A stretch of DNA of 64,000 bases from Nitrospirota bacterium. Lineage in GTDB: Bacteria > Nitrospirota > UBA9217. The notes under the pieces were generated by a model. The model worked only from the letters and a program-made list of their open reading frames with translations. It was not told the DNA's origin and did not search any database. Positions within the stretch are counted from its first letter, which is position 1. Every line of letters begins with the position of its first letter. The position numbers and the translations under genes are program-made. Of the stretch, positions 50,622-60,638 are shown piece after piece. The DNA is taken from contig CAVVUN010000003.1 of assembly GCA_963751455.1 (NCBI GenBank), positions 160,001 through 224,000 on the forward strand, in the 5' to 3' direction.

Positions 50622-51689
50622 TTATAATCTTTTTCCGGAAGATGCATCGAACAGCAAGACTTTCTCAGGAGACAATATTAAATGCGCGGCACTCCCGGGC
50701 TGGAGCTTTTTCTCCGGCTTCGACAGCGCTCTCAACTTCGATTCCTTCCACTGAACTTCAATCCAGTTGATTGAGCCGGCCGGCTCAATGACCAAAACCG
50801 TCACTTCAATGCTGTTGTCCTTTCTTTTCGTCTCAACTCTCAGATCTTCAGGTCTGATCCCAAGCACAGCCGTATTATTGGATGGCATGGTCCTGATCCG
50901 CGGAGAAAGAACATGACCGTTGCAATCCACTTCCAGGGGCTCGCTCTTCCGGACAGCGCATTCCAGGAAGTTCATGGGCGGACTGCCGATAAAGCCCGCA
51001 ACAAACATATTAGCCGGATTCCGGTAGACTTCAGCCGGCGCATCGCACTGCTGGATTACTCCTTTGTCCAGAACCGCGATCCTGTCCGAAAGCCCCATTG
51101 CCTCCCCCTGGTCATGGGTAACATAGATCGTTGTGATACCCAGCTGCCTGTGGAGAAGCTTCAATTCGGCCCGCATGTCTATCCTGAGCCTTGCGTCGAG
51201 GTTCGAAAGGGGTTCGTCCAGCGCGAAGATCTTCGGTTTCCTGACGATCGCCCTGCCGAGCGCGACCCGCTGCCGCTGACCGCCCGACAGCTCCTTTGGT
51301 TTTCGCCCAAGAAGGTTCTCGAGTCCAAGAAGCGCTGCCACTCGCGTGACCTCTGTTGAAATAAATTCTTTACGCTCCTTCTTCATTGTGAGAGGAAAGG
51401 CGATATTATCGTAAACCGTCATATGCGGATAAAGTGCGTAGCTCTGAAAGACCATGGCAATGTCGCGGTCTCTCGGAGACATATCGTTCACCCGGATGGC
51501 ATCGAAGAACAGGGACCCCGAGGTAACCGGCTCCAGGCCTGCGATCATATTCAGGAGCGTGGATTTCCCGCATCCGCTCGGCCCGACGAAGGTAAAGAAT
51601 TCCCCGTCCCGGATCTCCAGGTCGAGCGCCTTGATGATCGTAGTCGGGCCGAATTGTTTTGTCACGTGTTCAAAGCGAATCGAGGCCAT
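50622..51689 (-). CDS. Sugar ABC transporter ATPase (MalK/MsmX-like)
   Basis: GPSGCGKS, VFQSYALYPH, LSGGQRQRVALGR, DEPLSNLD, FIGSPPMN. Confidence 0.95.
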   Translation of the reverse strand: MASIRFEHVTKQFGPTTIIKALDLEIRDGEFFTFVGPSGCGKSTLLNMIAGLEPVTSGSLFFDAIRVNDMSPRDRDIAMVFQSYALYPHMTVYDNIAFPLTMKKERKEFISTEVTRVAALLGLENLLGRKPKELSGGQRQRVALGRAIVRKPKIFALDEPLSNLDARLRIDMRAELKLLHRQLGITTIYVTHDQGEAMGLSDRIAVLDKGVIQQCDAPAEVYRNPANMFVAGFIGSPPMNFLECAVRKSEPLEVDCNGHVLSPRIRTMPSNNTAVLGIRPEDLRVETKRKDNSIEVTVLVIEPAGSINWIEVQWKESKLRALSKPEKKLQPGSAAHLILSPEKVLLFDASSGKRL

Positions 51690-51700
51690 AGTCTAATACC

Positions 51701-51805
51701 GCATAGCGCAAAGCGCATAGAGCATAGCGTCATAAGAATCCCGAGAAGCATTAAACTGCAGATTCGTGCTCTGCGCGCTATGCGCTTTGCGCCATGCACC
51801 ATGCG
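51701..51805. repeat. Inverted heptamer-repeat element
   Basis: GCATAGCGCAAAGCGCATAG (51701-51720) pairs with CTATGCGCTTTGCGCCATGC (51778-51797), 1 mismatch. Confidence 0.8.
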
Positions 51806-51807
51806 GT

Positions 51808-52620
51808 CTATCCTTTCACCGCCCCCGCTGTCAAACCTTCGACAATCCTTCGCTGAAATGCAAATACGAACAGAATCACCGGAATCGTTACCACGATCGA
51901 TGCGGCCGCGATGTCTCCCCACGGCACTTCATGCAGTCCCGGGAAAAGCGCGATGGCAACCGGTACAGTCCGGGAAGCGGATGTGACCGTGAACGTGAGC
52001 GCGAAGAGAAACTCGTTCCAGGCAAATATGAAGACAAGGATGCCCGAGGTAACAATTCCGGGCGCAGCCAGAGGAAGCATTATCTTCGTGAACGCCTGGA
52101 GCGGGCTGCAGCCGTCCACGCGGGCGGCACGATAGATCTCGTCCGGGATCTGTTGAAAAAAATTTGTGAGAATCCAGATCGAGAGCGGCAGCGAAAAACC
52201 GGTATAGGTAAGAATGAGCGCCCACCAGGTATCGCGCAGGCCGAGCGCCCGGATGATAAGGTAGAGCGGGCTTACCGTTGCTATCGGCGGGAACATGGAC
52301 GCTGAAAGGACAAAGAGCAGGATCAGGCCCTTGAAGCGCATTGGCAGTTTTGCCAGACCGAAAGCGGCAAACGACCCGATTGCGAGAGAGAAAACAGTAG
52401 TAAGCAGAGCGACAACAACGCTGTTCGCAATGAATCGCCAAAAAGGAGCACCCGTAAATATGGATACGTAGTGATCGAATAGCGGCGTGGACGGCAGAAT
52501 CGGCGGCAGCCGGGTTATCTCCGTGTCCGGCTTTACGCTCGTGATCAACTGCCAAAGGAACGGCCCCATGCAGTAGAGCAGGACAAGGAGCATTGCTATG
52601 GAAAAGAAAATGCGTTTCAT
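51808..52620 (-). CDS. Carbohydrate ABC permease (MalG-like)
   Basis: EAA-like AARVDGCS, FIFAWNEF, GLTAGAVKG. Confidence 0.93.
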   Translation of the reverse strand: MKRIFFSIAMLLVLLYCMGPFLWQLITSVKPDTEITRLPPILPSTPLFDHYVSIFTGAPFWRFIANSVVVALLTTVFSLAIGSFAAFGLAKLPMRFKGLILLFVLSASMFPPIATVSPLYLIIRALGLRDTWWALILTYTGFSLPLSIWILTNFFQQIPDEIYRAARVDGCSPLQAFTKIMLPLAAPGIVTSGILVFIFAWNEFLFALTFTVTSASRTVPVAIALFPGLHEVPWGDIAAASIVVTIPVILFVFAFQRRIVEGLTAGAVKG

Positions 52621-52811
52621 GAGCCTATCTCAAATTATAGAAGCAAGTTTTGACTATCTTATAAAAATCAAAATTTGACCGCCGAGGCACTGAGTCGCCA
52701 TACAAACCCATGCCTGACTTTCGCTTCTCTTTGCGGCTTTGCGCGAGACGCCTTTAGCTTTTCATGCCTTTTCAACTGGCGACCTGCTTCATTAAATTTG
52801 ATTCTTCGTTA

Positions 52812-53660
52812 TCACCTTTCAAATCCCCGGCTCAGCATTTTCACGTAGAGAAGACTTATCCCTCCCACGCACAGGAACACCACCATCGAGAGAGCCGACC
52901 CGTAGCCGAATTGAAGCGTCTGGAACAGCACTTTGTACGCGTAGATGGACAGCGTTTCGGTTGTGTTTGCCGGTCCTCCGCCGGTCAGCACATACACCGC
53001 ATCGAAGACGCGGAATGCATCCAGGGTCCTGAAGATAAGGACCACGAGTACCACGGGTTTGAGGAGCGGAAGCGATATCCTCCGGAAAATCGTCCAGGCG
53101 CCGGCGCCGTCAATGCGGGCAGCCTGGTAGAGCTCGAGAGGGATCGTCCTGAGTCCGGCCAGAAGCAGTATGACCACAAAGGGCGTTGTCTTCCAGACAT
53201 CCATGAATATCGCCGCGTTCAAAGCCCAGGCCGGGCTCCCGAGCCAGTTGATAGTCACGCCGAACAGATGATTCAGAATGCCGAAATCGGTGTTATACAT
53301 CCATTCCCACATACGCGCGGACACGACTGTCGGAATCGCCCACGGGACAAGAACAATTGCAGTGACAACCCCCTTTGACCTGAAACTCCTGTTCAGCAGC
53401 ACTGCAATCGAAAGACCAAGCAGCAGTTCGAGCGAAACCGAGAGCGCCGTGAAGTAGACCGTATTGCCGAGAGCGTTCCAGAAGCGGTCGTCGCGGATCA
53501 GAAACGCATAGTTGTCCAGGCCCGTGAACCTGGATATTTTGAAGATGAGCAGGTTTCTGCGGAGGCTGAGGTAAATCACGTACAGGACCGGGTAGACAGT
53601 GACCAGGGCCAACAGCATGAGCGCGGGCGCAACAAATCTATTTCCCTTGTATCGCTCCAT
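52812..53660 (-). CDS. Carbohydrate ABC permease (MalF-like)
   Basis: PWAIPTVVS, DVWKTTPF, ELYQAARIDGA, LTGGGP. Confidence 0.93.
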   Translation of the reverse strand: MERYKGNRFVAPALMLLALVTVYPVLYVIYLSLRRNLLIFKISRFTGLDNYAFLIRDDRFWNALGNTVYFTALSVSLELLLGLSIAVLLNRSFRSKGVVTAIVLVPWAIPTVVSARMWEWMYNTDFGILNHLFGVTINWLGSPAWALNAAIFMDVWKTTPFVVILLLAGLRTIPLELYQAARIDGAGAWTIFRRISLPLLKPVVLVVLIFRTLDAFRVFDAVYVLTGGGPANTTETLSIYAYKVLFQTLQFGYGSALSMVVFLCVGGISLLYVKMLSRGFER

Positions 53661-54934
53661 CACTGCTCCACCGCCAGAATATGCTCTATTTGCTTCTGCG
53701 CCGAGCCGAGGGCCTGAGCGGGTGTTTTGATTCCCGTGATGGCCGCGCTGAATTCCGGCTGCAGCACCTGGGTGATCATCATGTAGTACGGGGTGACCGG
53801 CCGCGGCCGGGCGGTCATGAAGACCGTGTAAAGGTCCCTCATGAGAGGCTGCTTCCGCAGCAGGTCGGGGTCCCGGTACAGGGACTTCCTGGTCGGCTTG
53901 TACCCCACATCGAGAGCGAGCTGCTTCTGTATCTCGGCTGAAGTCAGGAAGCGGATGAGCCGTTCAGCTGCCTCCGGATGGCGGGAAAAGCGGCTTACCC
54001 CGAGCTGCCATCCGCCGAGGGTGGCGGCGGGCTGATGGCCGGGAAATGCGGGAAGGTTTGTTACGCCGACAAGACCGCGGACAACTGAACCCTCCTGTTC
54101 GAACACGTTCCAGGCATACGGCCAGTTCCTCATAAAGACCGCCCTGCCGTTCCCGAAGATATGGCGCGTGGGTTCCTCAATTGCGGTAGTGACGAGCGGC
54201 GGCGTAACCCTGTACTTCACAATAAGGTCGTGCATGAAGGACAGCGCGGTTTCGTTCTCTGCGGTGTCGATTACCAGGGTGTCCTCCCGGAGCACGTCAC
54301 CCCCATTGCTCCAGATGTACTCTAGCACGTTGCAGACCAGCCCCTCGTACTGCTTTCCCTGCCATACGAACCCGTAAACGCCCTGTTCCTTCGCGGTTAT
54401 TGCCCGGGCCGTGTCCGCAAGTTCATACCATGTTTTCGGCGGGTCATATCCGTATTTTCGGAGAAGATCCTTACGATAATACAGCATACCGGCGTCGATG
54501 TACCAGGGTATCGCGTATACGGAATCGTCCAGGGTGACTGCCTCCATCGGTCCAGGGAAGAACTGCCCGCGCTCGTCCCTCCCGAGCACGGCGCTTAGAT
54601 CCCTGAGCCAGCCTGCGCGCGCAAACTCCGGAACCCAGATAACGTCCATGCTGAACACGTCTATGTCGGCGCTTCCGCCCTCCAGATTGATGATGTAGAA
54701 CTGGTGCTGCTCGTCGGTGGATGAAGGCAGGATTTCATCCTTCACGAAGACGCCTGGATGCTCGCGCTCGAACCTTCTGAGGATTTCAGCAAACTTCCGG
54801 GGATCGCCTGCGATTTTGCCGTGCTTGAACACTAACGTACGCGGCCCGGCGTCTGTGACCGCCCTGTCTCCCTGATTGCAGGAAAAGACGGCGAGCAATG
54901 CCAGAAAAAGGAGTGTGTTCATTGCGCGCAGCAT
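53660..54934 (-). CDS. Sugar ABC substrate-binding lipoprotein (trehalose/maltose-binding type)
   Basis: Lipobox VFSC; MDVIWVPEFA, YYRKDLL, QYEGL, FMRNWPY, LGGWQL; ORF-track N-extension is MITE DNA. Confidence 0.88.
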   Translation of the reverse strand: MLRAMNTLLFLALLAVFSCNQGDRAVTDAGPRTLVFKHGKIAGDPRKFAEILRRFEREHPGVFVKDEILPSSTDEQHQFYIINLEGGSADIDVFSMDVIWVPEFARAGWLRDLSAVLGRDERGQFFPGPMEAVTLDDSVYAIPWYIDAGMLYYRKDLLRKYGYDPPKTWYELADTARAITAKEQGVYGFVWQGKQYEGLVCNVLEYIWSNGGDVLREDTLVIDTAENETALSFMHDLIVKYRVTPPLVTTAIEEPTRHIFGNGRAVFMRNWPYAWNVFEQEGSVVRGLVGVTNLPAFPGHQPAATLGGWQLGVSRFSRHPEAAERLIRFLTSAEIQKQLALDVGYKPTRKSLYRDPDLLRKQPLMRDLYTVFMTARPRPVTPYYMMITQVLQPEFSAAITGIKTPAQALGSAQKQIEHILAVEQ

Positions 54935-54988
54935 AACGGCTTTCGATTGAAATTTTAGATGGACTGCTCCTAAAACCCTGATCTTTAG

Positions 54989-55188
54989 AGGCTGTTGAAA
55001 ATAATTCTCGCCGTCATTGCGAGGAGCGATTTTCGCGACGTGGCAATCTCGATTTTTCAAGGCGTTGTGAACGGCGAGATTGCGGAGTTTATCCCGAGAG
55101 TCAAAGCGAGATTGCTTCGCCTTCGGCTCGCAATGACAAATGAGAGACCACGCTCGCAAAGACGGCTTTAAAGACTTTTCAACAGCCT
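54989..55188. mobile_element. Nested MITE-like element
   Basis: Outer 13-bp TIR AGGCTGTTGAAAA/TTTTCAACAGCCT enclosing GTCATTGCGAG (55013)...CTCGCAATGAC (55137), plus an extra CTCGCAAAGAC end. Confidence 0.75.
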
Positions 55189-55244
55189 GCTGGTTTTTGA
55201 CCTGCCTGAAGCGGCTCGGCCGTCGAAGAAAATGGCTGCAAAGA

Positions 55245-56456
55245 CTACGCCGCCTTTTTCAGTCTCTCCACCGGGTGGACGCCTTTCAACTCGTAACGAT
55301 AATCCACCCCGTTTTTCTTCACATGCTCTTCTATTACCTGTTCGCTGGAAACACCGCCCTCGTTTACCGCGTGCTGGTACCTGGTATACCTGCCGTCTTT
55401 TTCGAGCTCGGCTTTGGGTATGAACTCCGTCTCGAATGCGGTAAGCTCTACCTGGTTTTCAAGGACATCGCGCACATAATCGATATTCGGCTGGAAAACG
55501 ATCGGCTTGGGGAATGCCGAAGGCAAAAGTTCCTCCGCGTCCTTCTTGCCGTATTGTTTCAGCAGATCGGAAGCAATCTTCAGGTGCTCGAGCTCCATTG
55601 CGAGATGCAGCTCCCAGACTTTTTTGGCTGCGGGATCGACTTCCTGTTCCATGAACGCGTGGTAGAGATAGCATTCGTTATATTCATGCATGACCATCAT
55701 TTCATACCAGGATGCGGCCGGGTCGAGCAGCGATTCATACTGCGTGACATGCTGCTCCTCGATCTGAGCGATCTCGAGATATAAGCCGCGACCGATCGAA
55801 TCTTCCAGCGTGTTTCCGACATTCATGTAGAAATTCATGGTCTGTTGCTCGCCGGCAACAAGCGTGAGCACGTTCATAACGGTCTGAGGGTCCGCCTTTT
55901 TCCGGTTAAACGGTTTTCTCACATCGTCAAAGGGGTGCCGGTGCTCTTCAACCGTGGGACGTCCCGGCATGATCTCGGTATATTCGCCGACCAGCTTCTC
56001 TGCCTTTATCCCCTGGCGCATTTCCAGAAGGTTCGCATACCGGTAGAGATGATCGAAGTCCTCCAGGAGGCCGAAATCGAAGACCTGCTTTACATAGGGA
56101 TCCGGCTCATTCTGACAAAGCCAGGCGGTAAGATCCACGGCAACCTGCTCATAGCCTATGGTGGTTTCGATTACTGACTGGTCCCCGGGGATCATCCAGT
56201 TGATCGCCTTTTGCTGCTGTTGCTCGAGCCGCCGGGACAGGGCAAGGCTGCGCTTGAGCTCGATGTCCTTGGTATGTCGGGCAAACTGATGCAGAAACAT
56301 GGCAGCCTCAACCTCGATTCCGTTCATGAGTATGCCGCGGGCCTTCGTGTAGGGATGGGCCTCGTTCTTATCGAACGGCTTGCTATTGAGCTCGGACCAG
56401 TTGCGAAGCTGTTTTTCAATTGGGATACCTTTTTCCTTGAAGGGATTAAAAGCCAT
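55245..56456 (-). CDS. Ferritin-like (di-metal carboxylate) hypothetical protein
   Basis: Helical, repeated ExxH motifs (EDFDH, EEQH, ELEH). Confidence 0.6.
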   Translation of the reverse strand: MAFNPFKEKGIPIEKQLRNWSELNSKPFDKNEAHPYTKARGILMNGIEVEAAMFLHQFARHTKDIELKRSLALSRRLEQQQQKAINWMIPGDQSVIETTIGYEQVAVDLTAWLCQNEPDPYVKQVFDFGLLEDFDHLYRYANLLEMRQGIKAEKLVGEYTEIMPGRPTVEEHRHPFDDVRKPFNRKKADPQTVMNVLTLVAGEQQTMNFYMNVGNTLEDSIGRGLYLEIAQIEEQHVTQYESLLDPAASWYEMMVMHEYNECYLYHAFMEQEVDPAAKKVWELHLAMELEHLKIASDLLKQYGKKDAEELLPSAFPKPIVFQPNIDYVRDVLENQVELTAFETEFIPKAELEKDGRYTRYQHAVNEGGVSSEQVIEEHVKKNGVDYRYELKGVHPVERLKKAA

Positions 56457-56764
56457 AGTGCGCTCCTTTCCTCGTTGGTGATCCGCGACTAAAGCATCGG
56501 GAGATGCTCAGTGCTTCGAATAAACCTGGTTTAAGTTTATTACGCCGGCACACATTGTCAATTGACGGGCTATGCGGGCGCGGGTCTTCGGGCATTGTTA
56601 TACCAAAGGTTTCGAGCGGCACACGTATAAGCGCTTGATTCATTGACAATGAATTGCGTTGGTGATAACAACTGAATAGAGATGTTTTTTCAGACCGGTG
56701 ATAGCCTTTGGTCTTATTAATTCATTATGGCGCTGCTTCAAGAAAAAAATATCAAGGACTTGCC

Positions 56765-57934
56765 ATGCGAATAGCGCAGATTTCACCTCTCTATGAAAGC
56801 GTCCCGCCCCGCCTGTACGGCGGCACGGAGAGGGTCGTATCGTATCTTACCGAAGAGCTTGTTAAAGAGGGGCACGAAGTCACTTTGTTCGCTTCAGGGG
56901 ATTCAGTCACCTCAGCTGAGCTTGTTTCTATCTGCGAATCCTCGCTGAGACTTGAGCCCCGGTGCATGGACCCCATCGCTTTTCATGTCATCATGATCGA
57001 GGAAATCCTGCGGCGCCGGCACTTGTTCGACATCATTCATTCGCATATCGATTATCTCGGTTTCGTACTGGCGCGACGAACAGACGCGCCGGTGATCAAT
57101 ACGCTCCACGGGAGGTGCGATCTCTGGGAGCAATCTTTCCTGTTTCCGGAATTCAGTGAATCCGGGCTCGTTTCCATATCGAACGCTCAGCGCCGCCCAT
57201 TTCCCCACGCAAACTGGGTGGCTACCGTATACCACGGCCTGCCCCCGGATTTATATACGGCCAATTACGGTAAAGGCGATTATCTCCTTTATGTAGGAAG
57301 GATATCCCCCGAAAAGAAAGTGGAGGCAGCAATCGAGATTGCGCTGAAATCGGGCCTTTCCCTCAAGATAGCGGCAAAAGTCGATAAAATGGATGCTCCG
57401 TATTTCGAGGCCTCAATCAAACCGCTTCTTGACAATTCGCTGATTGAATTCCTGGGCGAGGTCGGAGACACGGAAAAGAACCGGCTGATCGGGTCCGCAC
57501 TGGCGTTCCTTCACCCGGTTGACTGGCCTGAACCATTCGGTCTCAGCCTTATCGAGTCGATGGCGTGCGGGACTCCGGTAATCGCCCGAAAGCGGGGATC
57601 CATACCGGAGGTCGTGGACCACGGCATCACGGGCTTCATCTTCGAGCACAATGACGAGGCCGTGCACTTCATCAGGAACAGATTGCCTTCTTTTTCGCGA
57701 AAAGGCTGCCGCAGGCATTTTGAGAAGCGTTTCCTTGCGGAAAGAATGGCGCAGGATTATGTATCGGTGTATCAAGCAGTGCTTGATCGGGTGAGCGCCG
57801 GAGAAGTAAGCGCTCTCCCGATCGAAAGAAACAGGGACACGGTGCTGCAGCCGGCGGATGAATCCCCTCCGGTTGAAATGACAGCAGGGCGCTATCGCCG
57901 CAAAAGCGCAAAAGGCTCAAAGCGGATTGTTTGA
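56765..57934 (+). CDS. Glycosyltransferase family 4
   Basis: MRIAQISPLYESVPPRLYGGTERVV; GRISPEK; EPFGLSLIESMACGTPV. Confidence 0.92.
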   Translation: MRIAQISPLYESVPPRLYGGTERVVSYLTEELVKEGHEVTLFASGDSVTSAELVSICESSLRLEPRCMDPIAFHVIMIEEILRRRHLFDIIHSHIDYLGFVLARRTDAPVINTLHGRCDLWEQSFLFPEFSESGLVSISNAQRRPFPHANWVATVYHGLPPDLYTANYGKGDYLLYVGRISPEKKVEAAIEIALKSGLSLKIAAKVDKMDAPYFEASIKPLLDNSLIEFLGEVGDTEKNRLIGSALAFLHPVDWPEPFGLSLIESMACGTPVIARKRGSIPEVVDHGITGFIFEHNDEAVHFIRNRLPSFSRKGCRRHFEKRFLAERMAQDYVSVYQAVLDRVSAGEVSALPIERNRDTVLQPADESPPVEMTAGRYRRKSAKGSKRIV

Positions 57935-57963
57935 TTTATCCGCTTTACTTTGAAAGATACGCA

Positions 57964-60135
57964 ATGCAGACAACGACCACTGAAACCCCCAAGGACAAAT
58001 TCTATATATCGGCTTCTGCCGTGATGATAGACCCGAGGAGGCTTATTCTGAAGGACAACGACCTGTTCGGGGTATTCGACCGGTACGGCGATATTGTCCC
58101 GTTCGGGAACAACGATACCGGGCTCTATTACGGCGGGATCAGGTTTCTCTCCTCATATGAATTGCGCATGGATGGCCGGAGACTTCTTTTCCTGAGCTCG
58201 AATGTCGACGAAGACAACGTGGTGATGAACGTCGATCTCACGAACCCGGACATAACCTTGAAGGAAAATATTCTGCTCAAAAAGGACCTGATCCATATCA
58301 TGCGTTCAAGGGTCCTGCTGAAGGACGCCTGCTATGAGTCGATCGGCATAAGAAACTTCAGCAAGAACGAGACGCAGTTCCAAATTGAGATCGCTGTTGA
58401 TTCGGACTTCAAGGATATTTTTGAAATACGCGGAATAAAACGGAAGCTGCGCGGCAGCTTCTTTGCGCCCAGAATGCGGGAAGGCGGCCTGGAGCTGTCG
58501 TACCAGGGCCTGGATAACGTCCGGAGGACCACGGTAATAACGGCAGAGAGGCCTCCTGATCATATTCAGGAAAATTCGTTTTTTTTCAAAATCGATTTGA
58601 AGGCAGGGGGGTGGGAGGAAATCTTCGTGCGAATTCAGTGCTCGTCGGAGCGAGAGGCCGGCGCGTTGACAAGGTTTCACGAGGCGGTGACGGAGAGACG
58701 GGAAAAGGTCGAAGCCCTGAACAAAGACAGCGCCGAGGTTTCTACCTCCAACGATCGCTTCAATGAATCGATGCGAAGATCGCTGTCCGACATCAACATG
58801 ATGCTTACCCGGACGGAGAGCGGCAGCTACCCCTACGGCGGCATACCCTGGTTCTGCACGCCGTTCGGAAGGGATGCCCTGATAACCGCTCTTGAATGCC
58901 TCTGGATCAAGCCGGACATGGCACGGGGGGTTCTGACGTACCTCGCTAAAACGCAGGCATCGGAATTCGATCCGAAGAAGGCAGCTGAACCCGGAAAGAT
59001 ACTTCATGAATCAAGGCAGGGAGAGATGGCCGCGCTGAACGAGATCCCGTTCGGGCTCTATTACGGAAGCGTGGATTCCACGCCCCTTTTTCTGATGCTC
59101 GCCGGCGCCTACTGGAGAAGGACCGGGGACGGCGACCTGGTGCGGAAAATCTGGCCGTCCATTCAAAAGGCCATCGGATGGCTCGAACAGTACGGGGACC
59201 CGGACAGGGACGGCTTTCTCGAATATACTCCGCACAAGGAAGGCCTCAGGAACCAGGGGTGGAAGGATTCGCAGGACTCGGTCTTTCATACCGACGGTTC
59301 ACTCGCGGAAGGGGCGATCGCGTTGTGCGAAGTACAGGCCTACAGCTTCGCGGCAAAAAGAGAGGCTGCTGTGCTTTCCCGGTTTATGGGTGAGTTGGCC
59401 TTGTCCGATCAGCTCGTGCAGGAAGCTCTTGCGCTCAAAGCCGCCTTCAACAAGCAGTTCTGGGATGAAGAGCTTGGCTGCTTCGTAATCGCGCTCGACG
59501 GGCAGAAGAAGCCGTGCAGAATTCTCTCTTCGAACGCCGGGCACGCTTTGCTTACCGGTATTGCCGAACCCGGGCCCGCCTCAAGAGTCGCGCAGATAAT
59601 GAGCTCGGACAGAATGTTTTCCGGCTGGGGCATCAGGACCGTGGCCGAGGGTGAGGCGCGCTATAACCCCATGTCGTACCACAACGGTTCGGTCTGGCCT
59701 CACGATACGGCAATGATCGCTTCAGGTCTTTCCCAGTACGGCTTCAAGGAACATTTTTTAAAGATATTCACCGGCATATTCGAAGCATCGCTGTATATGG
59801 AGGCAAACCGCCTGCCCGAACTTTTCTGCGGATTCCCGAGACGACGAAGGGCGGCGCCGACGCTCTACCCCGTTGCCTGTTCGCCCCAGACCTGGGCCGC
59901 AGGTTCTCTCCTCTTCATGCTGCAGGCCTCTCTCGGGATGTCGTTCGAAGCGGAATATGATATGGTCGTTTTCAGAAACCCGGTCCTGCCCCGTTTTTTA
60001 ACGGCTGTGCATATCAAGAACCTCATGGTTTCGAGGGACAAGACCGTTGATATCCACGTGAACCGCTATGGGGAGGGAGTAACTGTCGAAATCCTGCGGA
60101 AGTCAAAAGGCGTGAGCATATTGACGTATAAGTGA
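57964..60135 (+). CDS. Amylo-alpha-1,6-glucosidase/GDE-family glycoside hydrolase
   Basis: GIPWFCTPFGRD, EPGKILHE, YYGSVDSTPLF, NQGWKDS, YHNGSVWPHD, LPELFCG, ACSPQTW. Confidence 0.9.
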   Translation: MQTTTTETPKDKFYISASAVMIDPRRLILKDNDLFGVFDRYGDIVPFGNNDTGLYYGGIRFLSSYELRMDGRRLLFLSSNVDEDNVVMNVDLTNPDITLKENILLKKDLIHIMRSRVLLKDACYESIGIRNFSKNETQFQIEIAVDSDFKDIFEIRGIKRKLRGSFFAPRMREGGLELSYQGLDNVRRTTVITAERPPDHIQENSFFFKIDLKAGGWEEIFVRIQCSSEREAGALTRFHEAVTERREKVEALNKDSAEVSTSNDRFNESMRRSLSDINMMLTRTESGSYPYGGIPWFCTPFGRDALITALECLWIKPDMARGVLTYLAKTQASEFDPKKAAEPGKILHESRQGEMAALNEIPFGLYYGSVDSTPLFLMLAGAYWRRTGDGDLVRKIWPSIQKAIGWLEQYGDPDRDGFLEYTPHKEGLRNQGWKDSQDSVFHTDGSLAEGAIALCEVQAYSFAAKREAAVLSRFMGELALSDQLVQEALALKAAFNKQFWDEELGCFVIALDGQKKPCRILSSNAGHALLTGIAEPGPASRVAQIMSSDRMFSGWGIRTVAEGEARYNPMSYHNGSVWPHDTAMIASGLSQYGFKEHFLKIFTGIFEASLYMEANRLPELFCGFPRRRRAAPTLYPVACSPQTWAAGSLLFMLQASLGMSFEAEYDMVVFRNPVLPRFLTAVHIKNLMVSRDKTVDIHVNRYGEGVTVEILRKSKGVSILTYK

Positions 60136-60280
60136 ACCGAATGCGGATTTCGGATTGCGGATTTAGCAAAGCTATCGCATCCCGAAGATAGAAGAACCGC
60201 AAATTGCATATTGTAAATTGCAAAGTTCAAAATGTGAAGAGTCAGTTTATTTTCTTTAATTTGCTTTTCCAGACACCCCT

Positions 60281-60517
60281 GCATCCCGCCTGCACCCAAC
60301 GACTTCGAGTGCGCGCGAGAGTAGGGCGTGAGCAGCGTCCGCGCTTTACATGACCGGTAGTAGTATCGGCAAACCACAAATCGTGTATGCGGTCCTTGAT
60401 TCCCCTCGCATGTTCTCAGTGCGAGGGTACGACGATGAGTCTAAGTATTGTGCGAAGCTCAGCGCACACGCTGCACTCGCGCATCGCACTCGTAGACGCT
60501 GGGTGCAGGCTGGGCGC
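60281..60517. repeat. Inverted pair of the dispersed ~50-bp repeat (copies C and D) around a central hairpin
   Basis: C (minus, 60281-60330) and D (plus, 60464-60517) share CG(C/T)TGGGTGCAGGC; CCCTCGCA-N9-TGCGAGGG between them. Confidence 0.7.
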
Positions 60518-60638
60518 TGTATCAACAGGTCTAATTGAAGACATTCTGTCATGTCTGCGCGGTGCTGCAAACGGCGGTGCAGAAAAAAACACGGATCCCG
60601 AACATCCTGATAGCCTTTCGGCTTTACTGCTCTCCCGC

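Noticed and set aside
54935-55159. N-terminal extension of the sugar-binding protein
   Set aside because: Translation of the MITE; the signal peptide starts at 54934 or 54922
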